Positions 60,789 through 64,000 of a stretch of DNA of 64,000 nt are shown here, one piece after another. Source of the DNA: Octopus bimaculoides (lineage: Eukaryota); assembly GCF_001194135.2 (NCBI RefSeq), contig NC_068991.1, positions 9,476,982-9,540,981 on the forward strand. The letters are read 5' to 3'. Both the position numbers and the translations under genes were made by a program. Under the pieces are notes generated by a model. The model worked only from the letters and a program-made list of their open reading frames with translations. It searched no databases and was not told where the DNA came from. Position 1 is the first letter of the stretch. Each line of letters begins with the position of its first letter.

Positions 60789-61718
60789 ATATATATATGT
60801 ATATCTATGTGCGTGTGTGTGTGTGTGTGTGTATGAATATTTATATACACATACATACACACAGGAGAGGGAGAGAGAGAGAGAGAGAGATTGATAGGTA
60901 TAGATAGATAGATAGATTATTATATGTACGCACACACATGTAAATACATTTACATACACATGCACATACACGCAGGTAAATTGATTCATTCTTCCACTAT
61001 TTTATTTATGTCACAAGAACCTCCTTTTATCAATAACAATTTCTTTTATTTCTCCTGTATTTACCTGTCCACTTGTATGACTCGTCACCACCTCATTGTC
61101 CGTTTCTCTACTTCAGTCAGCCCGTCTCTGTTTAATGTTCCGACACATTAACATAAAATAAAGGTGCACACACACACACACCTCCGCATGCGCGCGCGCA
61201 TTGTCATGGGCATGGCTATCCTAATTTTAACAATAGATTTCCCATCGTTGCTATCTCTCTATCCATTAATCAGCGTCGTGATTATACTGGCGTAATAAAA
61301 TGACGTCTGTGTGAGATCTCTGTTATTTTTCATTTTCTTAACAAAAGTTGTACCGACCGTGAACTGGGTGAAGTATTTTTTGACCAGAAATAAAAATAAA
61401 AATAATTTCCTTGACATGTATTCAACGTGTGCAGCGCTGTCAAATTGTCACACTCAATTAAATATACACACACTGACGCGTCCGGATGACGCATAGAAGG
61501 TCACGCACGAGCCATAAAGGATTCTAGCGTAAAATCCAGTGACAAAATGTCCAGATTAAATTATACTAAATTTTAACTAGTATATTTGTTTCTAAATAGT
61601 TCTAGCATTAAATTATTGAATTATTGCATGGGTCTAAGTATTTAAGGAGCGGATCGTGCAATTTCCTGTAATTCAGATTGCCTCATGGTCCCAAAAGACA
61701 AAATTAAAAAAGGCGTTG

Positions 61719-62554
61719 TCCCGGAGGCGGAATTTTTTTTCTCACGAGAGTTCCGGACCTCAGTAAGGAACTCATTTGCATACAGCCAATCAACGCAAAG
61801 CCCAACATAACATTCGTGAATGTGTTAAAAACAACCTGCTGAGACCCCATTCGGTCATGAATGACCATGGGATTGCACCTAGAAAGTTACCCTTCCAGGC
61901 ACAAGTCCAGGGAAGCTTGTTTTATGGAAGACCAGCAGTCGCCCATGCATACCGGCTTCCCCTCTCCACGCCACCAGTGTTATCCAAGGGAAAGGCAAAG
62001 GGGTCGATACAGCTTGGCACCTATGACGTCGCAACTCATTTCTACAGCTGAGTGAACTGAAGCAACATGAAATAAAATGACTTGCTCAAGAACACAGCAC
62101 GCAGCCCAGTCCGGGATTCGAACTCACAACATCACGATCGTAAGCTCGACGCTCTAACCACTGAGCCATGCGCCTTCACAAAGCAACCAATCTCTTGGTA
62201 AAACACATTCTACCAAGTAAACTCAAGATGAAGGATGGTGTTGTAAGTCGACCGATCACCAAGTTATGCCTGATTTTAGGGCCCCATATGGTAGAGATGT
62301 GGATGGGGAAATGTGGGTAGAGGGTGATGTGCTAGTAACCCTCTCCTCCCCTTACTGTTTTATAAAAGTAAACAACAACACAAATAACTACGCAGAGGCA
62401 GCTATGGTTGGAACAAGAACAACAAACATTTATCGCTCATCACTTGTTATGCGCTCATAAATTAGTTTGATAGTTGAGCTCTGATTGACTGTATGCAAAT
62501 GAGTTCATAACTGGGATCCGGAACTCTCATGGGAAAAAAATTTCGCGTCCCGGA
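61719..62554. repeat. ~74-bp imperfect inverted repeat pair with octamer and CCAAT motifs (possible DNA transposon termini)
   Basis: 61719-61792 is roughly the reverse complement of 62482-62554; ATTTGCAT at 61774-61781 and ATGCAAAT at 62493-62500. Confidence 0.7.
61841..62177 (-). mobile_element. tRNA-derived SINE family D, full-length (others at ~2173-2420 +, ~16225-16378 -, ~29915-30085 +, ~56575-56745 -)
   Basis: Minus head gcgcatggctcagtggttagagcg...gtgagttcgaatccc, then tgtgttcttgagcaag...cactcagctg. Confidence 0.85.
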
Positions 62555-62774
62555 GGAGGATAGCGAAGAAGATGTGCAAGAACAGCCACTCTGACTCTCG
62601 GGACTCGCACTCCCACGCAAACTTATTCGATACATCCAGAATTTAACAGCCAGCTATTTTTTTCTTGAGCCCTAGTTACTCATAAGGCCCGTTAACCGGT
62701 TTCTATGGCATATAATTGATCGAGATCAAAACATTTGCCCTGAACGGGACACAGGTCTGTTGAACGGTTCAAGG

Positions 62775-63278
62775 TGAGCAATTTTGAGGGGACGGAACAA
62801 ATCGATTGCATCGATCCCAGTTCTTGGCTGGTGCTTCATTTTATCGGTCCCAAAGGGATGAAAAGCAGAGCTGACCTCGGCTGAATTTGAACGTAGAACG
62901 TAAAGTGTCGGAAGAAAGGTCGCTGAGTATTTTGTTTGATGTGCTAACGATTCTGCCAGCTCGCCGCCTCACAATCAACAATTGGTTTCAAATTCTGGCA
63001 CAAAGATAGCGATTTCGGGAAAGTGGATAGATCGATTACATCGATCCCAGAGCTCAACTGGTACTTAATTTATCGACCCCAGAAGGATGAAGGGTAAAGT
63101 CGACCTCGGTGAAATTTCAACTACCTCAACTCCAGAGCGTAACTGGTACTTTATTTATCGACCCCGAAAGGATGAAAGGCAAAGTCGACCTCGACGGAAT
63201 TTGAACTCAGAACGTAACGGCAGACGAAATACCGCTAAGCATTTCGCCCGGCGTGCTAACGTTTCTGCCAGCTCGGCT
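62775..63278 (-). mobile_element. Cluster of three head-to-tail SINE family C copies or fragments
   Basis: The gatcccag...ctggt.cttaatttatcgacccc.gaaggatgaa motif recurs at ~62810, ~63040 and ~63140. Confidence 0.8.
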
Positions 63279-63389
63279 CCTTTTCTACTATGATATATTG
63301 ACTCTTTTCCATGTACTAAAATACTTTTTGCTAATGACTGACGTAGCTTAATTTTTGTTGGCATACAAGCCACATAATAAAAAAAAAAT

Positions 63390-63422
<33 letters not shown>

Positions 63423-64000
63423 TGTCTTAAAAATTCAGCCCAGGTCCTGAATTTAAAGTTGGGTTTATATTACACGTTTTAATGCTGTAAAAACTTTATT
63501 TCAGAAACATGCGTTGCTGAAATTGGGGTGCGTCAGATATGCACGTGCATCTTTTATGCCATCAAATATGGTACTTCCTCGGCGTATTGCTTCTATTAGA
63601 TTAACATACTTTTCCTCCAAATTACGAGTGTAACCCCTACATAAAATATCAAAGGCTTTTCAAAGCCTGCAAAAACTATTACTAGTAGCTGTCAGAGTCC
63701 GACGTTAACGTTGTACAATGCGCCTAAGCAAAATATTTGGTCATTTTAACTCCACGGTCTCCGGAAGTCTGCTTGTTTATCCTAACTAACAGCGCTGGAT
63801 TAACCATTAAGCAAAGTAAGCACATGCTTAGGGCATCAGGGGAAGCACAGAAATGGTAAATGGTTTACAACACAAAAGAAATCACTTTAAACTTGTTAAA
63901 ATAATATTCGAAAGTGGTTTATATGATCGGAAATATAATTTCGAAGTGTTCGTGGTGACATAAATGAGAATCTGATCAAAGACTTTGCAATGAAAAAAAA

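Noticed and set aside
62100-62177. tRNA-like sequence with good A and B boxes
   Set aside because: It is the head of a family D SINE, continuing into SINE body with no acceptor stem. The same applies to family A and C heads.
1-64000. CRISPR arrays, rRNA, prokaryote-like operons or a multi-gene novel system
   Set aside because: None seen; the repeats are eukaryotic SINE/LINE/MITE copies and microsatellites, and the only supported protein-coding gene is CNOT4.

Overview
AT-rich, repeat-dense animal genomic DNA with five N gaps. It most likely comes from a coleoid cephalopod (octopus-type SINE repertoire; this taxon call is an inference). One protein-coding gene dominates the window: CNOT4/Not4, the RING E3 ligase associated with CCR4-NOT, on the + strand. 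I assembled 18 coding exons by hand (ATG at 19117, TGA ending at 51828; 2580 nt including stop, about 859 aa). All junctions are GT-AG and in phase. The protein has a C4C4 RING, coiled coil, RRM and CCCH finger, then a long low-complexity tail carrying a CAF40-binding motif, poly-S, poly-H/P and Q21. The rest is mobile-element debris: three tRNA-derived SINE families, 5'-truncated RTE LINE tails, piggyBac-type TTAA MITEs, two Tc1/mariner (maT-like) remnants and microsatellites. Most ORFs in the supplied track are spurious. The most notable non-coding find is a complete type I hammerhead ribozyme fold at 15470-15568, with a palindromic stem III as in Penelope-like elements and retrozymes, inside a ~340 bp element flanked by (TA)n. 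Other points of interest are an 82-bp near-perfect intronic hairpin (40257-40437), a degenerate intron-containing tRNA gene (25268-25351), an octamer/CCAAT-bearing inverted repeat pair (61719-62554) and an apparent CpG-depletion boundary near 56 kb. All of this was read by eye, with no alignment or folding software, so repeat boundaries are approximate. I found no evidence for a new multi-gene system.
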